This document shows positions 50,768-61,192 of a DNA stretch of 64,000 nt, one piece after another. The stretch is taken from assembly GCA_002708985.1 (NCBI GenBank), contig PAPS01000017.1:21459-85458 (forward strand), written 5' to 3'. A program made the position numbers and the translations under genes. The notes under the pieces are model-generated. The model was not told the origin of the DNA. It saw only the letters and a program-made list of their open reading frames with translations, and did not search any database. Position 1 is the stretch's first letter. The number at the start of each line of letters is the position of its first letter. The DNA is from Saprospirales bacterium (GTDB taxonomy: Bacteria; Bacteroidota; Bacteroidia; Chitinophagales; UBA8649).

Positions 50768-52627
50768 CTAGGTTAGGTAGATTGATAGTGCTGTAATATC
50801 ACTTGCCGACACTCCGCTAATTTGCTGCGCCTCTCCTAGCGTAGACGGTTTGAATTGTTTGAGCTTTTCCCTTGCCTCTTTCGAAAGAGATGGCATGTCA
50901 TCAAAATTAGCCGTAGGCTTTATTTTTACCTTTGCTAAGCTTTGTAATCGCTTTACATTGTCCGCCTCTCTTGCTATATATCCCAAATATTTATGCTCGA
51001 TTTCCGCCGTCTGAATAAAATGAGGGCGTTTTCCTTCCACGAGCAATGATAGTTCATTACAGCGCGACACTAAGTCTTGTGTGCTTATGCCTGGCCTTGC
51101 CAAAATCTTTTCTAGTTTCACGCTTTGCCTTATTGGGTCTTGCCCCCGTTCAAGGAGTAGTGGGTTTATGTTTTCAGGGCGTATCGAAGTTTTGTAAATA
51201 CAGTTCTTATATTCTTTTATAAACTGTGTTTTTTTCTCAAATAACTCAGAACCTTCTTTACCGAGAAGGTTATACTTATTTGCCAAGGGCATAAGTCGCA
51301 TATCGGCATTGTCCTGACGCAACGAAAGCCTGAATTCGGCACGTGAAGTAAACATTCTGTAGGGTTCATTGGTGCCTTTGAATACAAGATCATTAATAAG
51401 AACCCCAATATATGCCTCTGATCGTTCAAGGATAAGAGAAGATTGTCCAAATACGCTCAGCGCCGCATTAATTCCGGCCATAAGACCCTGACATGCGGCT
51501 TCCTCATAACCCGTTGTTCCGTTAATTTGACCCGCAAAATAGAGCCCGCTAATAGCACGTGTTTCTAGTGTTTGGTTTATCTGGTTAGGTGGAAAATAAT
51601 CATACTCAATGGCATAGCCTGGACGGAACATTTTTGCCTTTTCTAGGCCAGGAATCGTGTGTAGGGCCTCAATCTGAGTAGAGAATGGAAGTGATGTTGA
51701 AAAACCATTCAAATAAGTTTCCACTGTATTAATACCTTCTGGTTCAACAAAAATTTGATGACGGTCTCTTTCGCTAAAGCGGTCGATTTTGTCCTCTATA
51801 GATGGACAATATCGTGGGCCCCTACCTTCGATTCTACCAGAAAACATGGGCGATTTACTAAAGTCCCTTCGCAAAACATCGTGCGTTTTAAGATTGGTAT
51901 AGGTTATATAACAATGCCTCCTTTCTTGAAATAATTCGCTTACTCCATAAGAAAAAACCTCAATTGGCTCTTCACTTGGCTGTATTTCCATAGAAGCATA
52001 ATCCACGGTTCGTCCATCTATTCTTGGTGGGGTACCTGTTTTCATTCTTCCCGTAACAAAACCCCAATCGCGCAATTGGGCACTCAGGCCGACTGAAGCT
52101 GATTCTCCTGCTCGGCCAGATTTTCTTTGTTCCTCCCCTACGTGGATTACGCCACCAAGAAAGGTTCCTCCAGTAATAACAACTTTTTTTGCATGAATAA
52201 TCAGGCCGGACCGACACATAACTCCCGTAACCTTTTTATTTTCTTTTTGCAAACCAACAACTTCGTCCTGCCAGAAATTAAGATTGCTAGTGTTTTCTAG
52301 CTCTGTCCTCCAAATCCTCGCAAATAGGTGACGGTCGTTTTGTGTTCTAGGGCTATGCATGGCGGGCCCTTTTGATCTGTTCAACATTCGAAAATGAAGC
52401 ATAGAACGATCAGCAACTTTCCCCGAAAATCCCCCCAAAGCATCTATTTCACGAACAATTTGACCTTTAGCAACCCCGCCCATTGCAGGATTACATGACA
52501 TCTGACCAATGGCTTGCATGTTCATGGTTATCAGGAGTGTTTTAGCACCTAATCGAGCGGAAATTCTTGAAGCCTCACACCCAGCGTGACCACCACCCAC
52601 AACAATAACATCATACTTATCCATCAT
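50768..52627 (-). CDS. mnmG: tRNA uridine-5-carboxymethylaminomethyl synthesis enzyme MnmG (GidA)
   Basis: [52 protein letters not shown]. Confidence 0.95.
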   Translation of the reverse strand: MMDKYDVIVVGGGHAGCEASRISARLGAKTLLITMNMQAIGQMSCNPAMGGVAKGQIVREIDALGGFSGKVADRSMLHFRMLNRSKGPAMHSPRTQNDRHLFARIWRTELENTSNLNFWQDEVVGLQKENKKVTGVMCRSGLIIHAKKVVITGGTFLGGVIHVGEEQRKSGRAGESASVGLSAQLRDWGFVTGRMKTGTPPRIDGRTVDYASMEIQPSEEPIEVFSYGVSELFQERRHCYITYTNLKTHDVLRRDFSKSPMFSGRIEGRGPRYCPSIEDKIDRFSERDRHQIFVEPEGINTVETYLNGFSTSLPFSTQIEALHTIPGLEKAKMFRPGYAIEYDYFPPNQINQTLETRAISGLYFAGQINGTTGYEEAACQGLMAGINAALSVFGQSSLILERSEAYIGVLINDLVFKGTNEPYRMFTSRAEFRLSLRQDNADMRLMPLANKYNLLGKEGSELFEKKTQFIKEYKNCIYKTSIRPENINPLLLERGQDPIRQSVKLEKILARPGISTQDLVSRCNELSLLVEGKRPHFIQTAEIEHKYLGYIAREADNVKRLQSLAKVKIKPTANFDDMPSLSKEAREKLKQFKPSTLGEAQQISGVSASDITALSIYLT

Positions 52628-52632
52628 ATTTA

Positions 52633-53055
52633 TTATGGTTTGTGTTCCACGTGGAACAAATGAAGCAACCGGTTTTCCTCTAAGTGCATTGATCTCTTCT
52701 CTATATCACTCCCATCGGTAAGGCCCACTACATGAAGCAAGCCATGAAAAACCATACGAAGTATATAAGACTGGGAGGTTTCATTGTTTTCTAGGAAAAC
52801 CTCCGTACCATTAATATATAACTCTAAGTGTCTACCCATTGGTGTTTCCCTTTCTTGGGTTATAACGTCAGTATCGTACTGATGGTTGAGTAAGTAAGTG
52901 TTGTGTCGTATTTGGCTGGCGCTGTCCGTTAAAACAACATCAATTCCTCGGATGGATAGCTCGTAATATTGACAAAAAATAGCTAACGCATCTCTTACCT
53001 CTCGAACTGTTATCGAGAACTCTGGATTGCCGTCGCGTAATACACGCACAATCAT
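52633..53055 (-). CDS. ybeY: rRNA maturation endoribonuclease YbeY
   Basis: Zinc-binding motif [11 protein letters not shown], with a size of 140 aa. Confidence 0.85.
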   Translation of the reverse strand: MIVRVLRDGNPEFSITVREVRDALAIFCQYYELSIRGIDVVLTDSASQIRHNTYLLNHQYDTDVITQERETPMGRHLELYINGTEVFLENNETSQSYILRMVFHGLLHVVGLTDGSDIEKRSMHLEENRLLHLFHVEHKP

Positions 53056-53064
53056 AGCTCAATA

Positions 53065-53472
53065 TTATAGCCTAAATTGAAGCTCAATGGTTGATCCATC
53101 ATTGCTGAAGACCACCCAGTCCGCTAATTGTTTAATTAAAAACACCCCGCGGCCACCCACAACCATCAGATTGTCAGGATGCGTGGGGTCAGGTAAGCCA
53201 TTATAATCAAAGCCATTTCCCTCATCATGTATGTGAAAAACTAGCTTGTCTGGACCTTCTTCCCGCTCGAATTCTAGGACTACCTTTTTTGAATCATCCT
53301 CCTTGTTGCCATGAATAATAGCATTATTAACTGCTTCTGTTACACCGATAAGCATGTTTCCAAAAACCTCATCTGACACATTGTGCTCTACGACGACTTG
53401 TTCTAGAAAATGCTCAATTTCTTTGAGGCTCTCGTGTTTAGAAGAAACAACCAATTTCTGCATAAACATCAA
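53065..53472 (-). CDS. HATPase_c-type anti-sigma-factor-like serine kinase (RsbW/SpoIIAB-like)
   Basis: N-box EAVNNAIIHG, G1 box HDEGNGF, G2 box GGRGVFLI. It is a single domain of 135 aa. Confidence 0.6.
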   Translation of the reverse strand: MMFMQKLVVSSKHESLKEIEHFLEQVVVEHNVSDEVFGNMLIGVTEAVNNAIIHGNKEDDSKKVVLEFEREEGPDKLVFHIHDEGNGFDYNGLPDPTHPDNLMVVGGRGVFLIKQLADWVVFSNDGSTIELQFRL

Positions 53473-53494
53473 AGATAGTACATAATAATCTCAT

Positions 53495-56400
53495 TTATTG
53501 TGTAAATGATCTCCATAGTTTGTCATAGAATGCTATTAAACCTGGGTTTTCCACCTGTGGTCTTTTTCTACGCTGAAGAATTTGACTAATTTTTTGCTGA
53601 ACTTCCTCAGGAACAATAATTACATCTTCCTCAAGTGGTGATGAAGATTTACGCGTTTCCTTTTCTCCTTGTTTATTCGCCGCTTGCTCTAATTTTAACA
53701 ATTGAAAGTCTATGTTTTGAAGGCCTTCACTATACTCTTGTGTGCCAATAGTTGTGCCTTCCGATAACATTTGCTCCTGGCGTTTCATTTGATCCAATAC
53801 CCCGCGGCCCTCCTTTTCTAAATTGTTTGCTTTAAGCCAATTTTCAAGGGCATTTCTAATTTTTGCTTGTTCTTGGATTAGTGCTGCCAAGGCTTCGTCG
53901 GCTTTGTCACTACTTCCTTCTCCAGAATTACCCTGTTTTCCCTCGCCACTTTTTCCTTCTTTTTCGCCTTGCTGTCCCATGGCGGCTTGATCTGACATAA
54001 TATCCTGCAGCCCACCTGCCTTTGAAGGTTTACCGCTTTGACCTTGGCCACTTCCGCCGGGGTTCTCACACATTTGACTACCTTGCATTTGACCGGATAA
54101 ATTCATTTGGATATTCTGTAGTGCCTCATCTAAAAGCAAAGCAATCTCATTAACTTCCATCATAACCCCTTGAGCTTCCGTTGCCCAGTTCGACTGAATT
54201 CCTCTCTCAAAGCTTTTATCCAATAGCTCTTGACGTTTTTCAATACGAAGTATCCCGTCTATTATTGGCTTTTGCGCTGCAGGGCTTCGAGAGGCGAGTG
54301 CCATTAGTGTATCCTTAACAGAATCAAAGTTTTTATTCCACAACGCCTGATTCCTCACCTTACGCTCCTTGGTATATACTCCGACATTTGAAGAGGCATT
54401 AGAAAGAAACAGATCTTCTTCAATAAATGATAAATCCACTAAATTCTCTAAAAGCTGCTGAAGTGTGGTCAAATCCATTTCTAACTGCTTTTGCTTAGCA
54501 GATTTCATGGCCATGGATAACATCGAGCTAAGCTCTTTCATTTGTTGAGAGGTATTTGATTTACTGGATTCACTTGGCTCTCCTTGTTGAATTTCGTTTG
54601 AAAGATCTTGAAGATCATTATCAATTTCTTCTGATAACTGTTCAATCGCTTCTGATTCTTCACCAAGCAATTCTTTGCCTTCTTCAATATCTTTCTTGAT
54701 ATCATTAAATTTTTCATTTATTTCCTCTTGTTTCAACAAGGCGTCTTCCTGGTTTAAATCAAGTGCATCTTCTTCCTTACTTAATTGATCAAGTGCTTCT
54801 ATAGCATCTTTCAAAGCGTTTTCCTTCATAAGCTGTGAAAGCATTCGCTCCAACATTTCTAGAGACATTTCTTCTTTACTTTCCATCTCACTCAACTCCT
54901 CTAGAGCATCATCAACATTTTCTTGATCCCCCTTTTCTAAAGCTTGCCGAATTTTGTCCATTAATTCCTCCCTCCTACTACCTTCCTGATATTTTTCAAT
55001 TAGTGGATTCAAAATATTTGTATCAATAGCATCATTAAACTCTTCGGACATCAACATAAAAGTTTCTAACTCCTCACTTAATAAATCCTTTTGAGCATTA
55101 AGTCTTTCTAGGCTTTCTAAAAAATCAAGTATTTCCTGGTTATCTGCATTAGAATTAGCCTCTGTCATTCGCTCATTTCGTATATTTTCTAAACGATCAT
55201 TCATGTTTGACTGGTTATTGTTTAGACGATTGGCCGTATTCTCCATATTCTGAATCTCTTGATCCTTTTCATCATCCCAAGTATCTTGATTGGGTACAGT
55301 AAGAATCAGCTTACGTGAATACGCACACTGACTCCCTTTAACCTCATTGTTATCGCAAACGCCATAACTTACTTCTATGGCATCAATACCCGTCTTCCAT
55401 AAATCTTTCCTCCTGAAGTAATCAGCAAAATCACCTTCTAATCCCTTATCATGAGTAACATTGTAACGCTTACTTTCTATAACCTTCCCAGAACGAATAA
55501 AATTCACCCTTCGAAAAACACTTGATACTCCATAGTCATCTTGAAATGTTCCTATTGCGGTATAAGCTCGTGCTGTAGTATCAAAATCCCATTCGATAGA
55601 AATGGTCGGTATCTTGTCTTCGATAACGTCAATTTCCATCGTCCAAGTTGTATCCCCTTGAATTATTGCCAAACATTCAGAAGAATTCATTAGAAGTATA
55701 TCGCTGTCAAATTGCACTATAGAATCCTTTATATAGAGGATACTAGCTCCTTCATTAATATATTCTTGAATACGCATAACACTACCCTCTATTGCTTCAA
55801 TTTTTCGAGGATTTATGAATTCAACCTGTTCTTGCTGCATATAACTTGGTGGAATCAATAATACCTTATACGTATTGGACAAAGTAGATCTTACTTCAAC
55901 CTGAAAATAAGAAAGAATTTTATCGCCATCTCGCCAGGTAAAGTGTAAATCTTGATTTACTGATTCAATAAAATATGATAACGTATCATTTTTATATAAA
56001 TGACTGATTTTCAAATCATTAAGAAACAATTTAGCAGATATATCTCCTGTATCTTTAACAAGTGCCAGTAAGGTGTAAGGTTGACCTACCTCAACTGTTG
56101 TATCTGATACCCAAACAATACTATTATTACTGATATCTTCTGTATTCAATGTGAAGGCTGTTGAAAACGCTGCCTTCCATGGGCTTAGGCTTATCAGTAT
56201 TAATGCAGTAATTAGAGACAATACCAATATTTTTCTAAACTTCTGTTGCAGTACTGTCTCTTTATTCCAATTAGGAAGTAAATCATCAATTGGTTGACTA
56301 TTTTTTTCTGGATACTTATGCTCAAACTCTAAGCCGTATTTAAGCTTATGTTTTATTTGATCAGCTTGGTGTTTATAAATTAACAAAACACTGCTTACTA

Positions 56401-56644
56401 TATCGTTTTCGCTTCGTGTATATGTATATAGTATTCTATACAGGATAATAAATAAAGTAATGAGACTGAAAGACAAAACCATCCACACCGGCCAGCTTTT
56501 GTTTCCGCTGCTGTCAAGTAGTATGAGTATAAAACTTATTGTACTCCATAGAGCAGCGCAAAGACAGAGAGCAATAGACACTTGGTATTCTAGACATTTA
56601 TAAAGACCTACTTTACCCGATTCTATGATTTTATCTCTGATCAT
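53495..56644 (-). CDS. large membrane-anchored acidic coiled-coil protein (possibly DUF4175 family)
   Basis: 1049 aa. Three N-terminal hydrophobic segments are followed by a beta-rich region (about aa 170-460). A long D/E/K/L/Q-rich heptad-like stretch spans about aa 460-700, and a G/Q/S/E-rich low-complexity patch lies around aa 855-900. The DUF4175 assignment is from memory of similar Bacteroidota proteins and is unverified. Confidence 0.7.
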   Translation of the reverse strand: MIRDKIIESGKVGLYKCLEYQVSIALCLCAALWSTISFILILLDSSGNKSWPVWMVLSFSLITLFIILYRILYTYTRSENDIVSSVLLIYKHQADQIKHKLKYGLEFEHKYPEKNSQPIDDLLPNWNKETVLQQKFRKILVLSLITALILISLSPWKAAFSTAFTLNTEDISNNSIVWVSDTTVEVGQPYTLLALVKDTGDISAKLFLNDLKISHLYKNDTLSYFIESVNQDLHFTWRDGDKILSYFQVEVRSTLSNTYKVLLIPPSYMQQEQVEFINPRKIEAIEGSVMRIQEYINEGASILYIKDSIVQFDSDILLMNSSECLAIIQGDTTWTMEIDVIEDKIPTISIEWDFDTTARAYTAIGTFQDDYGVSSVFRRVNFIRSGKVIESKRYNVTHDKGLEGDFADYFRRKDLWKTGIDAIEVSYGVCDNNEVKGSQCAYSRKLILTVPNQDTWDDEKDQEIQNMENTANRLNNNQSNMNDRLENIRNERMTEANSNADNQEILDFLESLERLNAQKDLLSEELETFMLMSEEFNDAIDTNILNPLIEKYQEGSRREELMDKIRQALEKGDQENVDDALEELSEMESKEEMSLEMLERMLSQLMKENALKDAIEALDQLSKEEDALDLNQEDALLKQEEINEKFNDIKKDIEEGKELLGEESEAIEQLSEEIDNDLQDLSNEIQQGEPSESSKSNTSQQMKELSSMLSMAMKSAKQKQLEMDLTTLQQLLENLVDLSFIEEDLFLSNASSNVGVYTKERKVRNQALWNKNFDSVKDTLMALASRSPAAQKPIIDGILRIEKRQELLDKSFERGIQSNWATEAQGVMMEVNEIALLLDEALQNIQMNLSGQMQGSQMCENPGGSGQGQSGKPSKAGGLQDIMSDQAAMGQQGEKEGKSGEGKQGNSGEGSSDKADEALAALIQEQAKIRNALENWLKANNLEKEGRGVLDQMKRQEQMLSEGTTIGTQEYSEGLQNIDFQLLKLEQAANKQGEKETRKSSSPLEEDVIIVPEEVQQKISQILQRRKRPQVENPGLIAFYDKLWRSFTQ

Positions 56645-56655
56645 AAACTTAATCT

Positions 56656-56674
56656 ATTAACATATGATGTTAAT
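56656..56674. promoter_or_regulatory. perfect inverted repeat ATTAACAT-N3-ATGTTAAT just upstream of the 1049-aa gene
   Basis: Arms of 8 bp (56656-56663 and 56667-56674) lie 12-30 nt upstream of the start codon at 56644. It could be an operator or a 5'-UTR hairpin. Confidence 0.35.
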
Positions 56675-56992
56675 TCTAACGTCAAAAGTACTTGCTTGAT
56701 GTGGATATAGCTTGTAAAATTGGAATTCTATGTAACTGATTACTGAATTATTGACTTTTCCCCACAAATCAAACTATAATTCCACAATATCTATTTCAAC
56801 AAATACTCTTTGATTTCAAATTCACAGTATGTTGATTATTATCATTTTTACCCTCATAACTGAAATTCTTAGATAGAACAAAAGTTAACTTAATGTTTGA
56901 AAAGTGTGAATTGCGGGGATAGAGTGAAATGTTCCACATAATAACATACTTAATGATGAATATATATTTTTAAATAAAAGATTTTAATCATT

Positions 56993-57589
56993 ATGATTTA
57001 CGATGATTATATCGCGTTGCAAAAACTTTTGGACTGTAATAAACCTCGAGCTGGTGTCAAATACGCTTTAGAAGAATCTTTTTTTATTCGCATTCATCAT
57101 ATCCATGAAATTAATTTTGCTCAAATCTTACTAGACTTAAAATCATTTGATGCAAAACTTATAACAAGCACATTACAACAAAAAATTGATCAATTACATC
57201 GTATCCTGGCTTGTTGGAAGCTAAATATTAATACATTAAAGCTACTCGAATTCTTAGATAAAGAAGCCTTTTTAGGCTTTCGCCCATCACTAATGGGAAT
57301 ATCTGGGATGCAGAGTAGTCAATATTTACTCTGGGTTGAGTTATTTTATAAGACAGCAGATCGATATAATCATCAAGCTATAAATCATCCAGGCATACTT
57401 TCAATTTTTCAATCAATACATGCTAGTCATAATGATTGGTTGGTTGCTCATGAAGAGGTTATTCTTCACTTTATACAGAATGATCATGGAACAGGTGACA
57501 CAGAGGGTTTGCGCTACATGCATGAACAACGAAATCATTACGATACACTGTGGAATGAAATATTAACAGGACTCAATAAGGTTATCTAG
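56993..57589 (+). CDS. tryptophan 2,3-dioxygenase-superfamily protein, unusually short
   Basis: Hand alignment to canonical bacterial TDO blocks. YDDYIALQKLL matches Y..YL.LD.LL. LGFRPSLMGISGMQSSQY matches GFR..LG.SSGFQS.QY. W..AHEEVILHFI...GTGDTEGLRYM matches WR..H..MV.R.IG...GTGGSSG..YL. It is only 198 aa. Confidence 0.6.
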   Translation: MIYDDYIALQKLLDCNKPRAGVKYALEESFFIRIHHIHEINFAQILLDLKSFDAKLITSTLQQKIDQLHRILACWKLNINTLKLLEFLDKEAFLGFRPSLMGISGMQSSQYLLWVELFYKTADRYNHQAINHPGILSIFQSIHASHNDWLVAHEEVILHFIQNDHGTGDTEGLRYMHEQRNHYDTLWNEILTGLNKVI

Positions 57590-58444
57590 TACTTGTGGTA
57601 TAATTTCTTTCATTCTTATTTTATAATCCACAAGGACCTCTTTAGTGGAGCGTTGGGCGATAGCAAGGCAAATGGTCAAACATTTATGACCTAGTAGTCC
57701 GCCTAAGCCATAAAGTGCGCTGCATTCCATCTCAAGATTACATACTTTATTACCTTCTATGTCTTCAAATTTTGCAATATGGTCACTATGCCATCCAGCA
57801 AGATGATCTGTTCTAAGTTTTCTTCCTTGTGGACCATAAAAACCCGAGGAAGTTAGCGTAATCCCACAATGACCTATAGATTCAAACTTTTTAAGTAGAT
57901 AATCATTAGATTCCGCGATATAATTAACTGGACCTAAATGGTTTTCAGAGAAATATTGTTGTACAGCTTTTAATTCTTTATTGTCTTTTATGAATTTGGA
58001 TAAGTAATCCTGATAATAAAGCATCAAACTATCCTGACCATAAGCTTTTTTGGATATTACTAGATCACCTGGTTTCACGTGCTTTTGAAAACTACCACAG
58101 GTTCCTAGTCGAAGTAAATTGAGTTTAGTTAATTCATGTTTAATTTTTCTTTTATCAAAGTCCACATTGACTAAAGCATCTATTTCATTTAATACAATAT
58201 CAATATTATCCGTTCCTATCCCTGTGGCCATGACAGAAATTCTAATCCCTTTATATAAACCTGTAATCATGACAAATTCTCTATTTTGCCTCTTACATTC
58301 TATATGTTCAAAGAAGGATGCTATAAGTTGCACTCTGCCGGGATCACCGACCAGTATAACGTTCGATGCTAATTCTTCTGGTTTAACGCCTAGGTGAAAT
58401 ATAGATCCATCTTGATTTACAATGAGGTTAGTTGAATTAATCAT
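57563..58444 (-). CDS. nucleoside phosphorylase (PNP/UDP family 1)
   Basis: VILVGDPGRV, ATGIGTDN, RLGTCGS and NLEMECSALY blocks match the uridine/purine phosphorylase fold. It overlaps the TDO-like gene 3' end by 27 nt. Confidence 0.7.
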   Translation of the reverse strand: MINSTNLIVNQDGSIFHLGVKPEELASNVILVGDPGRVQLIASFFEHIECKRQNREFVMITGLYKGIRISVMATGIGTDNIDIVLNEIDALVNVDFDKRKIKHELTKLNLLRLGTCGSFQKHVKPGDLVISKKAYGQDSLMLYYQDYLSKFIKDNKELKAVQQYFSENHLGPVNYIAESNDYLLKKFESIGHCGITLTSSGFYGPQGRKLRTDHLAGWHSDHIAKFEDIEGNKVCNLEMECSALYGLGGLLGHKCLTICLAIAQRSTKEVLVDYKIRMKEIIPQVLDNLIESC

Positions 58445-59036
58445 TTTTTTGATACAGTTTGTATAACATAATTTCTTTTACAACAGCAGGTGGTGTAAGG
58501 TATTCTATACTTCTTCCTTCTTGGATACGTCGACGAATTGAGCTAGAAGATATATCAAGTAGTTCACATCCGAAGAACTGATGGTGTTTATATAATACTT
58601 TTTGTTTGGATGCAGGTATCTCATCCTCTAGATACATCCTAGTATAGATTAAAAACGGAAATTTTTCCATTAACCAGCTAGCATCATGCCATTTATGTAG
58701 GGTTTTGTAATTATCTTCTCCCACAATTAAACTAAAGGAGTATTTGGTATACTTTTTAATGAGATATCGCATAGAGTTAGCAGTATAACTCGGCTTTTCT
58801 AAAAACCGCTCAAAATCATTAATTACGATGGAAGATATTTTATCCTTAAGAGCTAGATGACAGAGATCAATCCGTTTTTGATAATCGAGTAAGGAGTGTT
58901 TTTTTTTATGAGGATTTTGAGGTGTAGGGCAAAGCCAAACCTGATCAATAAGCTTGGTTTGGAGTGCCTCATTAGCGATAATGAGATGACCTATATGAAT
59001 AGGATTAAAGCTCCCAAAAAATAGACCAACCCTCAT
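58437..59036 (-). CDS. nadD: nicotinate-nucleotide adenylyltransferase
   Basis: GLFFGSFNPIHIGHL (the HxGH-type motif) and a C-terminal ISSS.IR motif, about 200 aa. Its stop overlaps the start of the downstream phosphorylase gene by 8 nt. Confidence 0.85.
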   Translation of the reverse strand: MRVGLFFGSFNPIHIGHLIIANEALQTKLIDQVWLCPTPQNPHKKKHSLLDYQKRIDLCHLALKDKISSIVINDFERFLEKPSYTANSMRYLIKKYTKYSFSLIVGEDNYKTLHKWHDASWLMEKFPFLIYTRMYLEDEIPASKQKVLYKHHQFFGCELLDISSSSIRRRIQEGRSIEYLTPPAVVKEIMLYKLYQKND

Positions 59037-59038
59037 CG

Positions 59039-60571
59039 TTATATTGTATTGATTTTATAATTTTTCTTAGCCAACTTGACGCGATCTAAGCATTCTGGTA
59101 AACCAAGAAAGCTCATAATATCAAAAATTGAAGGTCCTTTCAATGTCCCTGTTAGACTTAATCTCAATGATGGAAGAATCTGACCAAAGGATATAGACTT
59201 TTCCTCGATGTATTCTTTGACTATATTTTCTAAGGCAGGTGCACTAAAGTCAGTATCAGCATCCTGAATTCTTTGCATGCAATCTTCTAGGTGGGCTACT
59301 TTTTCTTTCATCCATGCTTTATTTACACCTTTGCCTTCTAGTACTTTAGGTTTTTCAAATAAGTAGGCTATCGTATCCTTTATTTCATGCTTGAAATGTA
59401 TTCGTTCAGAAGCTAGATTAAACACCAACTCCAATTCATTTTCATTACGATTTTTTGCTATTGGAAAGATTTCAATAATGGCATTCCGTTTCTCTTGTCT
59501 CGTATAATTTTTGAGATATTCACTATTAAACCAACATGCTTTTTGATAATCAAATTTGGCACCTGACTTATTTACCCTTTTTAACGAAAAATTTTCGACA
59601 AGATTCTCAAGTGAAAAGATTTCTTGATTACTTCCCGGGTTCCAACCAAGCAAGGCTAAAAAGTTTATGACAGCTGGTGCTTCAAATCCTCTTTCCTTAT
59701 AACCTCCTGCAATCAATTCACTTGAATTAACTGGATTGTACCAATCAATTGGAAAAACAGGAAATCCTAGTCGGTCACCATCGCGTTTACTGAGTTTACC
59801 CTTTCCATCAGGTTTTAATATGAGAGGAAGGTGAGCAAATTTTGGCATTATCCAACCGAATGCTTCGTATAATTGAACATGAAGGGGGGTGGATGGCAGC
59901 CACTCTTCACCTCTTATAACATCGGTAATTTCCATAAGATGATCGTCGACGACGTTGGCTAAGTGATAGGTAGGAAGTCCATCGCTCTTCATTAACACTT
60001 TATCATCAAGTTCGTGGCATTGAAAAACTATCCATCCTCGTATTTCATCATAAAATCGAACCTCTCCAGCAACTGGCGTCTTAAACCGAACAACATACTC
60101 ATCACCACGCTGTATACGCTCTTCAACTTCTTGAGCCGATAGGCTTAAGCTGTTTTTTAAGTAAGCTCTCGTACTTGCGTTATACTTTGGAGAAGCACTT
60201 CCTTGTTTTTGCATGGAGTTCCTCCAAGTTGTTAGTTCATCACTAGTATCAAAGGCATAATAGGCATATCCATTCATAAGAAGTTGCTCAACATATGGAG
60301 TATATAAAGCGCTTCGCTCACTTTGTCTATAGGGCCCAAAGGACCCACCAAAGGAAGGCCCCTCGTCAGGAGTTATACCACACCAGGATAAGCTTTCTAA
60401 AATGTATTCTTCAGCGCCGGGCACGAAGCGTTTCTGATCAGTATCCTCGATACGAAGAATGAAATCCCCTTTGTTATTTTTTGCATGTAAGAAACAGAAT
60501 AGTGCCGTACGTAGTCCGCCAATATGTAAGGGGCCTGTAGGGCTTGGAGCGAATCGAGTTCTAGTTGCCAT
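59039..60571 (-). CDS. gltX: glutamate--tRNA ligase
   Basis: RFAPSPTGPLHIGGLRTAL (HIGH) and KLSKRD (KMSKS) are present, and the length is 510 aa. Confidence 0.95.
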   Translation of the reverse strand: MATRTRFAPSPTGPLHIGGLRTALFCFLHAKNNKGDFILRIEDTDQKRFVPGAEEYILESLSWCGITPDEGPSFGGSFGPYRQSERSALYTPYVEQLLMNGYAYYAFDTSDELTTWRNSMQKQGSASPKYNASTRAYLKNSLSLSAQEVEERIQRGDEYVVRFKTPVAGEVRFYDEIRGWIVFQCHELDDKVLMKSDGLPTYHLANVVDDHLMEITDVIRGEEWLPSTPLHVQLYEAFGWIMPKFAHLPLILKPDGKGKLSKRDGDRLGFPVFPIDWYNPVNSSELIAGGYKERGFEAPAVINFLALLGWNPGSNQEIFSLENLVENFSLKRVNKSGAKFDYQKACWFNSEYLKNYTRQEKRNAIIEIFPIAKNRNENELELVFNLASERIHFKHEIKDTIAYLFEKPKVLEGKGVNKAWMKEKVAHLEDCMQRIQDADTDFSAPALENIVKEYIEEKSISFGQILPSLRLSLTGTLKGPSIFDIMSFLGLPECLDRVKLAKKNYKINTI

Positions 60572-60637
60572 AGATCAAAGATGCAGATTCCGTAGCCAAT
60601 TGAGCAAGATTGTAGCTTAAATTATATTAGTAAGTCC

Positions 60638-61192
60638 ATGTTCGGAAAGAAAAACCAAGTTCATATAACTATTGATGACGGACCAAGTGTACAATATACC
60701 GTGACCCTAGCACGCATTCTAAAGGCTCACAAAGCCCAGGCGACATTTTTTGTGCTTGGAGAAAACATGGAAAAGTGGTCCGTTCAGTCTAAGGCGTTAC
60801 AAGACTTTCAACTTGGCAACCATGGATATAAACACATTAATAATTGGAGAACTAGCCCAAGGAAACAGCGCGAAAACATTCAACTTGTAGAGCAAAGATT
60901 TCCCGACATTGAAAAATACTATCGCCCACCTTATGGATTTTTGACCCTTACGCAGCTGTTGTATTGTCATGGCAAACTGGGTATCAAGATGTGGACACTT
61001 ATGACCTATGACTTTAATCACTACAAGACTCAGTATGCTCTATGGAAAAGAATACAATCCTCTTTGCGCAACAAAAGATGCGTTCTTGTTTTTCATGATA
61101 ATATTAAGTCGTCCAAACACACACGGTGGTTGTTAAATAGAACCCTGTTAGAAGTGAGAAGCCTGTCTAAGGAGACGGCAGTATATAGTTAA
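60638..61192 (+). CDS. polysaccharide deacetylase (CE4) family protein
   Basis: The TIDDGPS motif, FFVLGEN, and the HGYKH histidines are typical of NodB-homology domains. Confidence 0.7.
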   Translation: MFGKKNQVHITIDDGPSVQYTVTLARILKAHKAQATFFVLGENMEKWSVQSKALQDFQLGNHGYKHINNWRTSPRKQRENIQLVEQRFPDIEKYYRPPYGFLTLTQLLYCHGKLGIKMWTLMTYDFNHYKTQYALWKRIQSSLRNKRCVLVFHDNIKSSKHTRWLLNRTLLEVRSLSKETAVYS

